From Macrostomum lignano (lineage: Eukaryota), in NCBI GenBank assembly GCA_002269645.1, contig NIVC01003824.1, positions 11,070 to 75,069 on the forward strand: 64,000 nucleotides of DNA, written 5' to 3'. Shown here in pieces: positions 37,171 to 49,722 of this stretch (the first letter of the stretch is position 1; the number at the start of each line of letters is the position of its first letter). The notes beneath the pieces were generated by a model, which was not told where the DNA came from, did no database searches, and saw only the letters and a list, made by a program, of their open reading frames with translations. Position numbers and translations under genes: made by a program.

Positions 37171-37198
37171 AGTTTGTCTGTCTGTCTGTCTGTCTGTG
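36066..37198. repeat. (TCTG)n microsatellite, ~1.1 kb
   Basis: Direct reading. Confidence 0.95.
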
Positions 37199-37334
37199 CC
37201 TTAACTTCGACAACAAGAGGCAAATGAAGATGTATTATCACAGTCGTATATTGCTCTTTCAAAGACTCAATTTTAAGTTTGTTGGAACCAATGGATTCAG
37301 AGTTATAAAATAAAATAGATCTCATGACTGTCTG

Positions 37335-40300
37335 TCAAATATTCCTGAGCTGCAATGAGTCGCCAATCCCGACTGCTTCAATTCCGTCGGTCGATTTTCG
37401 ACGCATTTTCGACGGCTGTTCGAGCGGCTGCAAATGAAAGGGAAAAATTGATTGAGAGGCATCGCAGTGCTGGCTTGTGAAAGTGTATCCTCATCAGAGA
37501 CGGATTGGAAAATTCTTGTAAACGCCAGGGAAGGTTTAACTGAAATAAAACTTCAGGGAGGGGCTTTGGAAACTGAAAAAAAAACTTTAGGGAGGGGGTT
37601 CGGATACTGAAAAAAAACTTCAGGGAGGGGCTTTGGAAACTGAAATAAAAACTTCAGGGAGGGGCTTTGGAAACTGAAATAAAAACTTCAGGGAGGGGCT
37701 TTGGAAACTGAAATAAAAACTTCAGGGAGGGGCTTTGGAAACTGAAGCAAAACTTCAGGGAGGGGCTTTGGAAACTGAAACACAACTTCAGGGAGGGGGT
37801 TCGGATACTGAAAAAAACTCCAGGGAGGGTTCGGATTCTGAAACAAAACTTCAGAGGGGGGTTCGAAAATTGAAGCCAAACTTCAGGGAGGGGGTTCAGC
37901 GATGATCATATAACATCAACCGCAACCTCCACAATCGAGCAAAAGCTGCTTACATGAACCCGAGCTCCCACCGCAGATTTGCTCCTTCTCTTCTCCAGGT
38001 TGCCATCCTCAGCCTCCTGATTGCCCACCCCCGCCGCCTCATCCTTCGCCAAGCAGCCTCCGCAGCCCGCCGCCTCGTACAGGCGAGCCACGCCGGCCAG
38101 CAGATGTCGGCGTTGCACTTTTATCGGCTCGATGCCGCACTTCAGCCACGAGCTGCGCCGGGCTTTAATGACGGCAGAGACAGGAAATGAGGCTGGATTG
38201 GGATGAAGGTGCCTGCTACTAGGTATGAGTAGTATCTGCAGCACTTACTCAAGCAGCTGCAGACAAGTCCAACAGACACTGTGACCAGAACACCCACGAC
38301 TGGGGTCCACACGTAGCTGATTGTGTAGATGTACTCTTGGAGAAACCTGGGTGAATTTGGTGCGTTTCTGCTTTGTTCTGGCGTTTCCTACTGATTCCAT
38401 TCTAGTCTCCTTCTCCCACACCCTCCCGACTCCCCACACCCTCCCTGACTCCCCATACCCTCCCGACTCCCACACCCTCCCGACTCCCCACACCCTCCCG
38501 ACTCCCCACACCCTCCCGACTCCCCACACCCTCCCGACTCCCCACACCCTCCCGACTCCCCACACCCTCCCGACTCCCCACACCCTCCCCGACTCCCCAC
38601 ACCATCCCCGCCTCCCCACACCCTCCCTGACTCCCCACACCCTCCCCCGACAACTCCGTTCACACAGCTCACACTCCTTTCACACAGTTCACACCCTTCA
38701 CACAGCTCACACCCTTCACACAGCTCACACCCTTCACACAGCTCACACCCTTCACACAGCTTACACTACTTTCACAAAGTTCACACCCTTCACACAGCTC
38801 ACACTCCTTTCACACAGTTCACACCCTTCATACAGCTCACACACACTACTTTCACACAGTTCACACCCTTCACACAGCTCACACCCTTCACACAGTTCAC
38901 ACCCTTCACACAGCTCACACCCTTCACACAGTTCACACCCTTCACACAGCTCACACTCCTTTCACACAATTCACACCCTTCATACAGCTCACACACACTA
39001 CTTTCACACAGTTCACACCTTTCACACAGCTCACACCCTTCACACAGCTCACACCCTTCACACAGCTCACACCCTTCACACAGTTCACACCCTTCACACA
39101 GTTCACACCCTTCACACAGCTCACACTCCTTTCACACAGTTCACACTCTTCACACGGCTCACACTCCTTTCACACAGCTCACACCCTTCACACAGCTTAC
39201 ACTACTTTCACACAGCTCACACTCCTTTCACACAGTTCACACCCTTCACACGGCTCACACTCCTTTCACAAAGTTCACACCGTTCACACAGCTCACACTT
39301 CCGCAGCTCACACTCACACAGCTTCTCCGTCTGCAGGTTGGCATCTACAGGCTCACCCGCTAGAAGATTTCTCAGTCAATCCTCCATCTGTGCTGCCCCA
39401 GTCCAGGCTGCTCGTCATGATACTACTAGCAGCAGTAGTAGCAGTAGTAGAGAACTGCTGTTCCAACTGGCAGCCGGTGATATTGGCGGGCAGTCTCACA
39501 TTCTCCCTGCTGATACTGTAGGCCCCGATGCCGACCCACATGGAGCAGGCCAGGCCCACCAGGGGGCCCACCGCGGCCCCGAGCCAGTTGGCACAGGGGA
39601 ACAGGCAGCCAAGAAGGAACAGGCCGACGCTGGGGCCAGCCGCCGCGCCCAGGAATGTGGTCACCGCCTGGATGATGGTGCCGCCTAACTGGGCCACGAT
39701 ATACGCCACCGCCGTGCTGAGGAGACCGGCTGCGGCTACCAGCGACTTGGCAACCAGTGTAGCCCGGGATTCTGACAGCTGGGAGGTTTTGGTGTAGGTC
39801 TAGTAGGTTCTGGTGTGGGTCAAGTAGGCTCTGGTGTAGGTCTAGTAGGTTCTGGTGTAGGTCTAGCAGGTTCTGGTGTATGTTAGTAGGTTCTGGTGTA
39901 GGTCTAGTAGGTTCTGGTGTAGGTCTAGTAGGTTCTGGTGTAGGTCTAGTAGGTTCTGGTGTAGGTCTAGTAGGTTCTGGTGTAGGTCTAGTAGGTTCTG
40001 GTGTAGGTCTAGTAGATATTGGTGTAGGTCTAGTACATGTAGATTCTGATGTAGGTCTTTTAGGGTTTTGATGTAGGTCTAGTAGGTTCTGGTGTAGGTT
40101 TAGTAGATATTGGTGTAGGCTTTGGTTTAGGTTTTGGTGCTATTAGGGGAGGTTTTAAACAATATATAGTATAAACAATATAAACAATATAGCAGATGGG
40201 TTGCCAAGGTGCACCGCCGGTCACCTTCTTGCACGCGTACGGCCGCAGCAGGTCGGTCCAGGCGATGGTGGACACGGAGCTCAGCGACGAGGACACTGAC

Positions 40301-43300
40301 GACAGAGCGGCAGCCAGCAGAGCGGCCGTGAACAAACCCGGAAATCCGGGCACGTTCATGCGCTCCATCACGTAGTAGGTGACGATCTGGTTGGTGTCCG
40401 CCCAGCCTGCGGTGTGAATGTCGCAGGCCACGGAGGCGTAGCGGCCGAAGATCGCCAGCCCCACCAGGGTGCACACGCTGACCATGATCCAGTGGCCGAC
40501 GAGGCCGAACACCACGCTCCTGCGGGATGGCGTTGCTGGGGTTGTTTATCACGGAGTTGTGCTTTTTAGGTGCGTTTAAATTGTGTTTATATTCAAATGT
40601 GTTTATATTCAAATGTGTTTATATTCAGGCGTGTTTAGATTTTTTTGTGATCATTTAGGTGTACTAATCAATAAGGTGTGTTTATTGACAGTCTACTTAG
40701 GAGCTGGGTTGTTTTAAGAAGCGTGTTTTTGATTATTTAGGTGTACGTTTAAAGAAATTATGTCTGTTTCAAGGCGTGTTTATCTACATAATGTGATGAT
40801 TTTCAATACAAGCGAGCCTTGCTCTTATTGATTTTTTTAAAGCGCAGGTACTTGTTGACTATAAACTCAATATGAAATTGTTCTTTCGACAGACAGCCAT
40901 GTAGTTAAAGGAATGAAACAGCCACACAGAAAACCGATAAACAGGCTGTTTCTTTTATCCCATTAACCTTGAATCGCAAGCCTTCAAATATTCTTAGAAA
41001 CAATAAAATAATAATAATATTAATAATAATAATAATTGATTACGCCTGTCCCAATGTGCCAGATGTGCAACCGACAGCTCAGCCGCAGCTATTGCGCGGC
41101 GCATCTGAAGGCTGCGTACGGCTGTTCAGTCCAAGGACTGGGGGGCTTGGGGGTCGCCACACACAGCCTCAATTACCCCAGCTAATGCTGGAACCCATTT
41201 TACAGCTGGGTGAACTGAAGCAATGCAGAGTTAAGCTTAAAGACACAAGTTGTTCCGAGTAGGTTGAGAATCGAACCCCCGACCTTCCAGTCGTGAACCC
41301 GACGCTCTTACCACTGGGCTACAAGCCTTAGACACCGACAAGAAGCTCAAAGAGCTCATCAGTTCTCACAACTTAGCAGCTCGGAGACTTGGCAGTGAGC
41401 AGTACCGCTGCACAGACGGCTGACTGACGGCCACCTGAATCAGCCAGTACATCGCCTGGCCGAAGATCATGCCCCACAGCGAGTGGCGCTCCCTCGGGTC
41501 CGCAGTCAACGGTGGCAACTGCAGCCTGCCGTAGTCCATGTTCAGCTGCCACATTTGGCCAAACCCGCCTGAATCAACCACGGCCTGAGGGATATGAAAG
41601 AAAACTGTAAAGAGAATGTTCGTGACATCTGCTGGTGAATTTCTAAACTTTACAAGCACGAGACTTCAGAGGCCCCAATCATCACAAGCTCCTATCTTCA
41701 CAAGCTCCAATCTTCACAAGCTCCAATCTTCACAAGCTCCAATCTTCATAAGTTCCAATCTTCACAAGCTCCTATCTTCACAACCTACAATCTTCACAAG
41801 CTCCAATCTTCACAAGTTCCAATCTTCACAAGCTCCAATCTTCACAACCTACAATCTTCACAAGCTACAATCTTCACAACCTACAATCTTCACAAGCTAC
41901 AATCTTCACAACTTACAATCTTCACAAGCTCCAATCTTCACAAGTTCCAATCTTCACAAGTTCCAATCTTCACAAGCCTCAATCTTCACAAGCTCCAATC
42001 TCCACAAGCCCAATCTTCACAAGCTCCAATCTTCACAACTTACAATCTTCACAAGCTCCAATCTTCACAAACTCCAATCTCCACAAGCCCAATCTCCACA
42101 AGCCTCAATCTTCACAAGCTCCAATCTTCACAAACTCCAATCTCCACAAGCCCAATCTCCACAAGCCCAATCTTCACAAGCCTCAATCTTCACAAGCTCC
42201 TATCTTCACAAGCTCCAATCTTCACAAGTTCCTATCTTCACAGGTTACAATCTTCACAATTTCCAATCTTCACAAGCTCCGATCTTCACAAGTTCCTATC
42301 TTCACAACCTACAATCTTCACAAGCTCCAATCTTCACAACCTACAATCTTCACAACCTACAATCTTCACAAGCCCCAATCTTCACAAGTTCCAATCTTCA
42401 CAAGCTCCAATCTTCACAACCTACAATCTTCACAAGCTACAATCTTCACAACCTACAATCTTCACAAGCTACAATCTTCACAACTTACAATCTTCACAAG
42501 CTCCAATCTTCACAAGTTCCAATCTTCACAAGTTCCTATCTTCACAACCTACAATCTTCACAAGCTCCAATCTTCACAAGTTCCAATCTTCACAAGCTCC
42601 AATCTTCACAACCTACAATCTTCACAAGCTACAATCTTCACAACCTACAATCTTCACAAGCTACAATCTTCACAACTTACAATCTTCACAAGCTCCAATC
42701 TTCACAAGTTCCAATCTTCACAAGCCTCAATCTTCACAAGCTCCAATCTCCACAAGCCCAATCTTCACAAGCTCCAATCTTCACAACTTACAATCTTCAC
42801 AAGCTCCAATCTTCACAAACTCCAATCTCCACAAGCCCAATCTCCACACGCCCAATCTCCACAAGCCTCAATCTTCACAAGCTCCAATCTTCACAAACTC
42901 CAATCTCCACAAGCCCAATCTCCACAAGCCCAATCTTCACAAGCCTCAATCTTCACAAGCTCCTATCTTCACAAGCTCCAATTTTCACAAGCTCCAATCT
43001 CCACAAGCCCAATCTTCACAAGCTCCAATCTTCACAAGCTCCAATCTTCACAAGCCCAATCTTCACAAGCTCCAATCTTCACAAGTTCCAATCTTCACAA
43101 GTTCCAATCTTCACAAGCCTCAATCTTCACAAGCTCCTATCTTCACAAACTCCAATCTTCACAACCTACAATCTTCACAAGTTACAATCTTCACAAGTTC
43201 CAATCTTCACAATTTCCAATCTTCACAAGCTCCAATCTTCACAACCTACAATCTTCACAAGCTCCAATCTTCACAACCTACAATCTTCACAACCTACAAT

Positions 43301-45510
43301 CTTCACAATTTCCAATCTTCACAAGCTCCAATCTTCACAACCTACAATCTTCACAAGCTCCAATCTTCACAACCTACAATCTTCACAACCTACAATCTTC
43401 ACAACCTACAATCTTCACAACCTACAATCTTCACAACCTACAATCTTCACAACCTACAATCTTCACAACCTACAATCTTCACAACCTACAATCTTCACAA
43501 CCTACAATCTTCACAAGTTACAATCTTCACAAGCTCCGATCTTCACAGGTTACAATCTTCACAATTTCCAATCTTCACAAGCTCCAATCTTCACAAGTTC
43601 CAATCTTCACAAGCCCCAATCTTCACAAGCCCCAATCTTCACAAGCTCCAATCTTCACAAGCTCCAATCTTCATTTCTAACGTACTCTGCTCATGTCATA
43701 ATACTAAAAGACCGTGGAGACTCAGGTAGTTGATCACCTTGACAGCAACAGCCACAGTGCCAGCCAGCATGATGCCAGCTTGAATGGCGTCAACCCACAC
43801 CACCGCCTTCATGCCGCCGAGCAGAGTGTAAAAAGTGCCGATTATGCCGCAGGCGGCTATCACGTACTCGCGACGGACTGCGCTGTCCGTGACTGCAAGT
43901 GGTTGCAGTGGAGAATGGGCCGCTGGGAGATGCTCTTGCTCCCCTGTATTCTGAACACACTGTCCACTTTTCCATTCCTTCCCCATCCGTGCACTCTTCC
44001 TATCCGTGAGCTTTTCTCACTTCATTCTTCTCCATCCAACTTCTCTACCATCCTTGACTGTTGACTTTCACATGTACAAGGACAACTTAAGTAGAAGGAC
44101 GCAACACTCGAAATCTATAAATACACTACAGGGATAGGAGGTTTTAATTTTTTCAGCATAAAAATTGTTATTGCTTTGGATAGGAGGCAGATCCAGCGTT
44201 CATCTTTTGATATGCTGTGCCTTTCTTATTGCTCTATCGATATTCATAAAGCTTCATTTGAGAAAACTTTAAAAATAATGACAAGACCAATTTAACATGA
44301 AAAATCGATTAATGCGTCGTTAGAGCAGCATGTGAGGCACAGAATAGTGTGATTAGAACTTTCTCTGACACTGTTAAGAGACCCAATCACTGTTTCGGTG
44401 TTGAGAAATTTCCTATCTCCGTAGTGTATTTTTCGGTGAAAAGTTGCCTTCAAAACATTTACCACAGATATCGAGTGTTGCGTCCTGTATATGCTACTTG
44501 AGTAGTCCTTGCATATGTTTTGTTTTTAATTCCTCTAATATAGATTCATAAAATAGGTACCGAATAATTTTGTTACCTCTCTCAGTGGCTGTGCATGGTG
44601 CAAATATGGCACTCCCGGCGTACATGATCTGAAATGCATCTTGTTTTAATCACTTAGTACAGCAAATTTGATTTTATTAATTGTACATGTACCAACTCGC
44701 TATGACTTACCATAATGACCAAATTCAGGAGGGTCCCGATGCAGCGCACCAGCTTAGATTGGAATCTCTGCTCCAGATACTGGTTTGAGTGTTTGAGATG
44801 GGTTTGGTTTGAGCAGTGCGATAGTGTCTGTAGCAGAAATCCGTGACATACGAAAAGGCGCAGGATACCGTCAATTGTCACTGACAGTCAATTTTCACCT
44901 GACAGTCAATTGTCACTGACAGTCAATTGTCACTGACAGGCAATTGTCACCTCAATTGTCACTGACAGTCAATTGTCACCTGACAGTCAACTGTCACTGA
45001 CAGTCAACTGTCACTGACAGTTAATTTCCCTGACAGTCAATTGTCTCTGACAGTCAATTGTCACCTGAGAGTGAAATGTCACTGGCAATCAAATTGCGGC
45101 AGTCGCAGACCCGCAGGAAATAGCTACAAGCAGCTTTATCAAAAAATGCCTCCAGTTACCTCGAAGGCGCTGGTTATTCGCAGCTGATAGAACAGTCCAA
45201 CGAACAGAAACGCTGTCGTCAGGTACGCAATGGTTGCGCCGATCAGGTGAAAGTGAAACCCAATGCCGTTCAGGTAGATCTCGGCCGGATGTCCCAGGAT
45301 GAGGATGGCGGACAGGAAGCTGGCCACCAGAGACACGGACACTGGCACCAGTCTCATACTGCGATCTCCCATGAGATACTCGGCTGTTGTCTTCTGCTTA
45401 CCGCCCGACAAGGCAAAGTAGATCCCCACTGAGCACGAAATGAGCAACGACAAGACTAGGATGACGTAGTCTGCCCAGTGGAAGCTGTTTCTGGTGCGTT
45501 CCAGAGCCAT
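37335..45510 (-). CDS. SLC5 sodium:solute symporter (SMVT/SMCT/NIS-like). Exons high to low: 45510-45160, 44779-44711, 44628-44577, 43892-43738, 41584-41370, 40519-40225, 39778-39357, 38346-38249, ~38192-37954, 37427-37335
   Basis: [10 protein letters not shown]...EYLMGDRSM...[105 protein letters not shown] and YTISYVW are SLC5A5/6/8/12-type motifs. GT/AG junctions close in frame; the last two exon boundaries are less certain. Confidence 0.92.
37545..37895. repeat. 33-34-nt tandem repeat (AAAACTTCAGGGAGGGGCTTTGGAAACTGAAAT) in last SLC5 intron
   Basis: Direct reading. Confidence 0.85.
38415..39320. repeat. Two adjacent 18-nt minisatellites (TCCCGACTCCCCACACCC and CACACCCTTCACACAGCT) in SLC5 intron
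   Basis: Direct reading; intron 38347-39356. Confidence 0.93.
39790..40135. repeat. 21-nt tandem repeat (GTAGGTCTAGTAGGTTCTGGT) in SLC5 intron
   Basis: Direct reading; intron 39779-40224. Confidence 0.93.
41002..41327 (-). mobile_element. Full-length tRNA-derived SINE with (TTA)n tail, in SLC5 intron
   Basis: Minus-strand head GGCTTGTAGCCCAGTGGTAAGAGC...GGGGTTCGATTCTC. Central TTGCTTCAGTTCACCCAGCTGTAAAATGGGT; AT-rich trinucleotide tail; near-TSD TTAGA(A/C)AC. Same family as 73-202. Confidence 0.85.
41668..43675. repeat. 16-nt minisatellite (AATCTTCACAAGCTCC variants), ~2 kb, in SLC5 intron
   Basis: Direct reading. It produces the spurious 705-aa ORF 41616-43733. Confidence 0.96.
44868..45085. 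repeat. 17-18-nt quasi-palindromic repeat (CTGACAGTCAATTGTCA) in SLC5 intron 1
   Basis: Direct reading, about 12 copies. Confidence 0.85.
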
Positions 45511-46006
45511 GCGATTATTGTGCACCTGCAGCTGTTCACCATGTACTGTGATTGAAGTTTGAAAACACTTCTCACTTGAAAGCTCGAATTAAAGGCTATG
45601 AGAAACCCTATTAAGTCCGAGTCTCAGCTTAGTTCGAGCTCACTACTAATCTTTCGTGTTATCTGTGCTCGTAATCAGCGCTGTTGGTTCGCCGTTGATA
45701 TTTTCAACAGTTTAGAGCAAAGCAGTGATAGTGTGTCGCTGTGCGTTATTTAATTTGCTGTCCTACTTTTTTGCATACACGTCACCTCTACCTATCTGAA
45801 TTTTATACGTTGACCTAACTTGTATGACATGTACAGTTGCGTTTTCTAAACAGAGCTGGGTGGAGTTTTGCCATAGACTAATTCCTCGCTAGAAAAGTAC
45901 AATAGAGAGACAGGAAGAGCTGCAACTTTGCCGAAAATTTTTATAAGTCGATTTGCGAATCAATAAGATCTTAAATATTTTCAAAAGGAAAATCCAAGCA
46001 GTAATG

Positions 46007-46741
46007 TTAGGCCAGTTGCAGTTTGACCCAGTCGGCGCTCGTCTCGATCTCCGCCTCCACCTGAGCGTCGGTGAACAGCAGCAGGCGGCAGGCTCTCAGC
46101 TTGCTGTTGTACAGCACGTGTCTGCAGCTGCCGTCAATCATAGCGGCTGCAAAGCATTCAAAAGCGCTGCTCACATTCGGCACATCGGTGAAGCAGTACT
46201 CGGAGTTGAAGCTCTGGCGATTGAAGGCGGTAGGCGTCCAGACGCCGGCAGTCGGCGGTCGGGCACCGGCTACGAACTCGCAGGCGAACCCGAAGTTCGA
46301 TTTGCAACTTCTGTCAGCCAAGTAACTGCCGTTGTACAGTCGGAGGCAGTTGGCGATAACTCCACCATTCGGCTCATTGTTCCTAAACAGGCTGCCGTCC
46401 TCCGGGAGGATGCCGTTTCCGTTGATCCTCTGCCAGCCGGCTCTGTTCCGGTTTCTCTCATCGGCCAGGTCGCTCAGCCCGACCCACAGATCGCAGCTGC
46501 AGTTGGCATCGCGGATTCTCCCTTTTCGAAACTTCTGGATGGAACTGTGCGAGTTGACGAGCTCGCCTCCGATCGATGCGCACTGCCGATTGGCTGAGCA
46601 CCAGCTGTGGTTCTGAGCTGTGCTCACGAACAGGCACAGACCGGCCTGCACGGTGAACGGTGCGGGACACGGCAGCAGATCCTGCGACTGCAGCAGCTGG
46701 CATCTCAGCAGGAGCAGCAGCAGCAGCAATGGCTGCATCAT
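46007..46741 (-). CDS. Secreted C-type lectin with C-terminal PAN/apple-like domain, intronless
   Basis: Signal peptide [18 protein letters not shown] motifs CP..F...AGLCLF, WCSANRQC, LWVGLSD, NNEPN (EPN), NCL, LADRSC, FACE. C-terminal SSAFECF...SCRHVLYNSKLRACRLL. Confidence 0.88.
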   Translation of the reverse strand: MMQPLLLLLLLLRCQLLQSQDLLPCPAPFTVQAGLCLFVSTAQNHSWCSANRQCASIGGELVNSHSSIQKFRKGRIRDANCSCDLWVGLSDLADERNRNRAGWQRINGNGILPEDGSLFRNNEPNGGVIANCLRLYNGSYLADRSCKSNFGFACEFVAGARPPTAGVWTPTAFNRQSFNSEYCFTDVPNVSSAFECFAAAMIDGSCRHVLYNSKLRACRLLLFTDAQVEAEIETSADWVKLQLA

Positions 46742-47466
46742 TGACGCTCACAAATTATAGATTGGGTGCTCTTCTGCTGTTTTCCTAATTAGAAAATAGT
46801 TCCACTCCCGGGGCAAACGTTACTAATGCTCAAGTTGCAAAACTGCTGCTACTTCTCAAGAATGAATTAAGACGCATTCAGCCAGCGTCAGGCGTATCTT
46901 AAATAGCCGATCTTGTACCTCTGACTACTCCCATTGGCTAAACTCCATCTAGTAGCATTGAGGCTTCTCTCTCGAATCGGAATCTGTACGTCTGTCCCGC
47001 TTGACTAATCAAAGCTTGGCTCTAAACTTAACGTACCCTCCAAGCAGTGCAGTACCCAGAAGCTGAGGCTGTTCAAGTTTGCACATTAATGTGGTTGCGA
47101 GCATTTGAGACTGGGAGACGTTGCAGACGCTCAAGCAACCTCTGTAAACAAGAAAAGCCTCTATCTCTGCATGCATGTCTACCTGTGAAACAAAACCTAC
47201 GAGCGTATAAAAGCATGATTTACGAGCTAAATGGGATCAATTTATGGATGAAAGGCTGTTGGCAAAGCTTAGAACACGCTTTCGGCCATGGATTGAACTC
47301 AAGGCCAAGTCTAGCGCTACTTTTCTGTTTGGCATTGGTAAAAGTCAGCGCGAGTTGGAGGACTTGCGCACGTAGAGCATTGGAATTACTGCATTTTTCG
47401 CACCTGCACGAAGCAAGAAAATTCGATTTAAAGAAGTGATTCAACCGAAACAACCGCCAAAAGGTG

Positions 47467-47510
47467 CGAACAGGCACAGACCAGCCTGCAGGAGTGAACG
47501 GTGCGGGGAC
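47467..47510 (-). pseudogene. Frameshifted fragment duplicating the 5' part of the C-type lectin gene (46627-46668)
   Basis: CGAACAGGCACAGACCAGCCTGCAGGAGTGAACGGTGCGGGGAC versus CGAACAGGCACAGACCGGCCTGCACGGTGAACGGTGCGGGAC. Confidence 0.7.
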
Positions 47511-48324
47511 ATGACTGCTACAGCCTCATACCGAATTTCAATCCTTATATTAAAACTCGCAGAAAAGTACTTTGCCTGCTTCCAAAAATGATTTGTCAGC
47601 TTTGCTGGGTGACTATTGACTATACTTCGCGTCGCCTGACTTCCTTTCCAAATTAAATACATGTAGGTTTTCCCGCCTTTCAGCCAGTCCGCTAAATCAG
47701 CTCATGTTGGTTTTGGAGTCGCTACTAGCTTTCAGTTGCTAAATAAGCATGCAATTCTGTCTGTATCAGTCAGTTTAGACAATATCTGGATGGTTTGGTG
47801 ACAACAACCTCCTGGCTAATGGTTATTTTACTGTAGTATAACAGGACAAAAAACTTTTAAGATCGTGTAAGTTTTTGGAGGCCAATTTCCTAAAAAAATA
47901 GCTAAACTGCGGAGATGGGATCGAAATCATTTTTTCATCACAAAATCAACGATTGCATTTGATCTGGGGCAAGTGAAGATGATCACTCCTTTAATTTAGC
48001 ATCCGAAACAGTATACTCTGTTGTATTTTAGATGAATTGCTGAGATACACAGACTCAAAGATTAAAACAGTTATTCCATTCAATCTTGTCTCCGCAACGA
48101 TGGACGCTGATTGCTAATTCAGACTAAACATAAACCATGCGACTAAAAAGTCTGGCTCCGATTGTCGACTGTAATGAAAAGCTGAACAAATTCAAAACTT
48201 GCAGGTAAGAGTTCTTTAAAGCAGCTCTCCATATCTTAGCAGATGGCAGCGGACTCCGTTCAATCGCACCAGCTACAACCGATCAGCCCCGCGAGTACTG
48301 CCACGCTGACCTGCTGTAGGTACA

Positions 48325-48395
48325 GCAGACACGTGCTGTACAACAGCAAGCTGAGAGCCTGCTACCTGCTGCTGTTCACCGACGCTCAGGTGGAG
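48325..48395 (+). pseudogene. Inverted fragment duplicating the 3' PAN-like part of the C-type lectin gene (46055-46125)
   Basis: 69/71 nt identical to the reverse complement; encodes RHVLYNSKLRACYLLLFTDAQVE. Confidence 0.8.
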
Positions 48396-48969
48396 AACAT
48401 CAAGACAAGCATAAATAGTTGGCCCAATTTTGGCATCTCGACTTAGCAATTTACCTCTGTATTGCTACGTAGGTTGTAATTACGTAATATTTTAGTCCCG
48501 TTGCTGTACGTGTGCATCGAAAATAGTTGACAATGTGCCAAAATACAAAAACAATTTATATAAGAAAATCTTGTATGGATTTTGACAGCAAAGTTGACTA
48601 AGACTTGTCACAATTGGATTAATTTCATCAGAAGATCTATTAATTTACCAGGGTTTCCATGGACTCTATAGCTCCTGTACGAGCCGGACCAGTGCTCAAA
48701 ACAAACTCAAACCGACAGGAGTTACTGTATCCTTTATAGCACCAATAGCAACCGGTAGCTTTGAAAGTATATAGATGATAAAAAATGACAAGACATTGGC
48801 AACTCTTGACAACATTGAGTTGAAGTGCTTTTCCTCACTGTCTGTCAAATAAAAAAGTTTAAAAAATATACTTGGCTGTAAAATACTACTATAACTATAC
48901 TATTGCTAATAGATAGGGCCAGTTTATGCTCACTGTCTCGTCACTAGTGAATTCTCCATTCGTTAGTCA

Positions 48970-49722
48970 TCAAGCGTCATTGAACCGAACGCACTCAAAG
49001 ATGGCCATCGAAGTCCTCTCTCCTTCAAAGTCAAGCCCGTTTGCTTTCTCTTGCGTTTGCCAACCGTAATGCCTAGCTATGGCTACCAGAGCCTCGACAA
49101 TGCCCATTTTAATAGAAAATCCGATCAGGACTTTCCCGCCAGGCGACACTAGTTGGCTGGCCTGATCAAACAGTTTGTGCAGGCAGGCGTAGTTCGGATC
49201 GCGAATGGCGCGTTCGGTCATTGTCAGCTGACCGATCGACTTGTCTGTGTGATGAAACGGATAGTTCCAGAAGACGCAGTCAAACTTCTCGACTTCTCCC
49301 GCGTCAACGAAGGCGTCCATGACGTCACTCTGGGTGACCTTCACCCTGTCAGTGAGTCGGTGACGCTTCAGATTCTCCAGCGTGTTCTCCAACGCACTCT
49401 GACTGATGTCGACGGCAAATATGCGAAGCCGAGGCCGATTCTGAGCCACCAGAACTGCCACGCAACCGCAGCCGCTGCCGATTTCAAGAAAGGTGCCAGA
49501 GTCCGGCAGGAACTCGCACAGCTTGTTGCACAAAAATTTCGACCCAATGAAAATTGATGGCGAGAAAACGCCAGGATGAACGGCGAACTCGCGACCTTCA
49601 AGAATCACTGTGTCAGTTGAGTTCATGGTCTCATTTTGGTCAATTTTTTCATTTGTTCTTTGCGTGAATTCATCCTTTATTTTCCATTCTGGTTTCCAGA
49701 ACTCCTTTGCCCTTGATTCCAT
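48970..49722 (-). CDS. Class I SAM-dependent methyltransferase, HemK/PrmC-like (MTS domain), coding region intronless
   Basis: FAVHPGVFSP, motif I FLEIGSGCGCVA, motif II AVDIS, QSDV, motif IV FDCVFWNYPF, PGGKVLIGFS. 250 aa. Confidence 0.88.
   Translation of the reverse strand: MESRAKEFWKPEWKIKDEFTQRTNEKIDQNETMNSTDTVILEGREFAVHPGVFSPSIFIGSKFLCNKLCEFLPDSGTFLEIGSGCGCVAVLVAQNRPRLRIFAVDISQSALENTLENLKRHRLTDRVKVTQSDVMDAFVDAGEVEKFDCVFWNYPFHHTDKSIGQLTMTERAIRDPNYACLHKLFDQASQLVSPGGKVLIGFSIKMGIVEALVAIARHYGWQTQEKANGLDFEGERTSMAIFECVRFNDA

Noticed and set aside
41616-43733. 705-aa ORF and other long low-complexity ORFs (4886-6622, 5539-6519, 22033-23381, 36030-37227, 38321-39688, 62725-63275)
   Set aside because: They are translations of tandem repeats that lack stop codons in some frames, and most lie inside introns or on the antisense strand of identified genes.
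47047-47477. Overlapping 130-aa and 85-aa ORFs between the lectin fragments
   Set aside because: No recognisable domain; could be decayed TE sequence.
48970-49722. Bacterial contamination as the source of the methyltransferase
   Set aside because: It is contiguous with eukaryotic genes and repeats, and has a splice acceptor at its ATG with no operon context. Long-read confirmation is still advisable.
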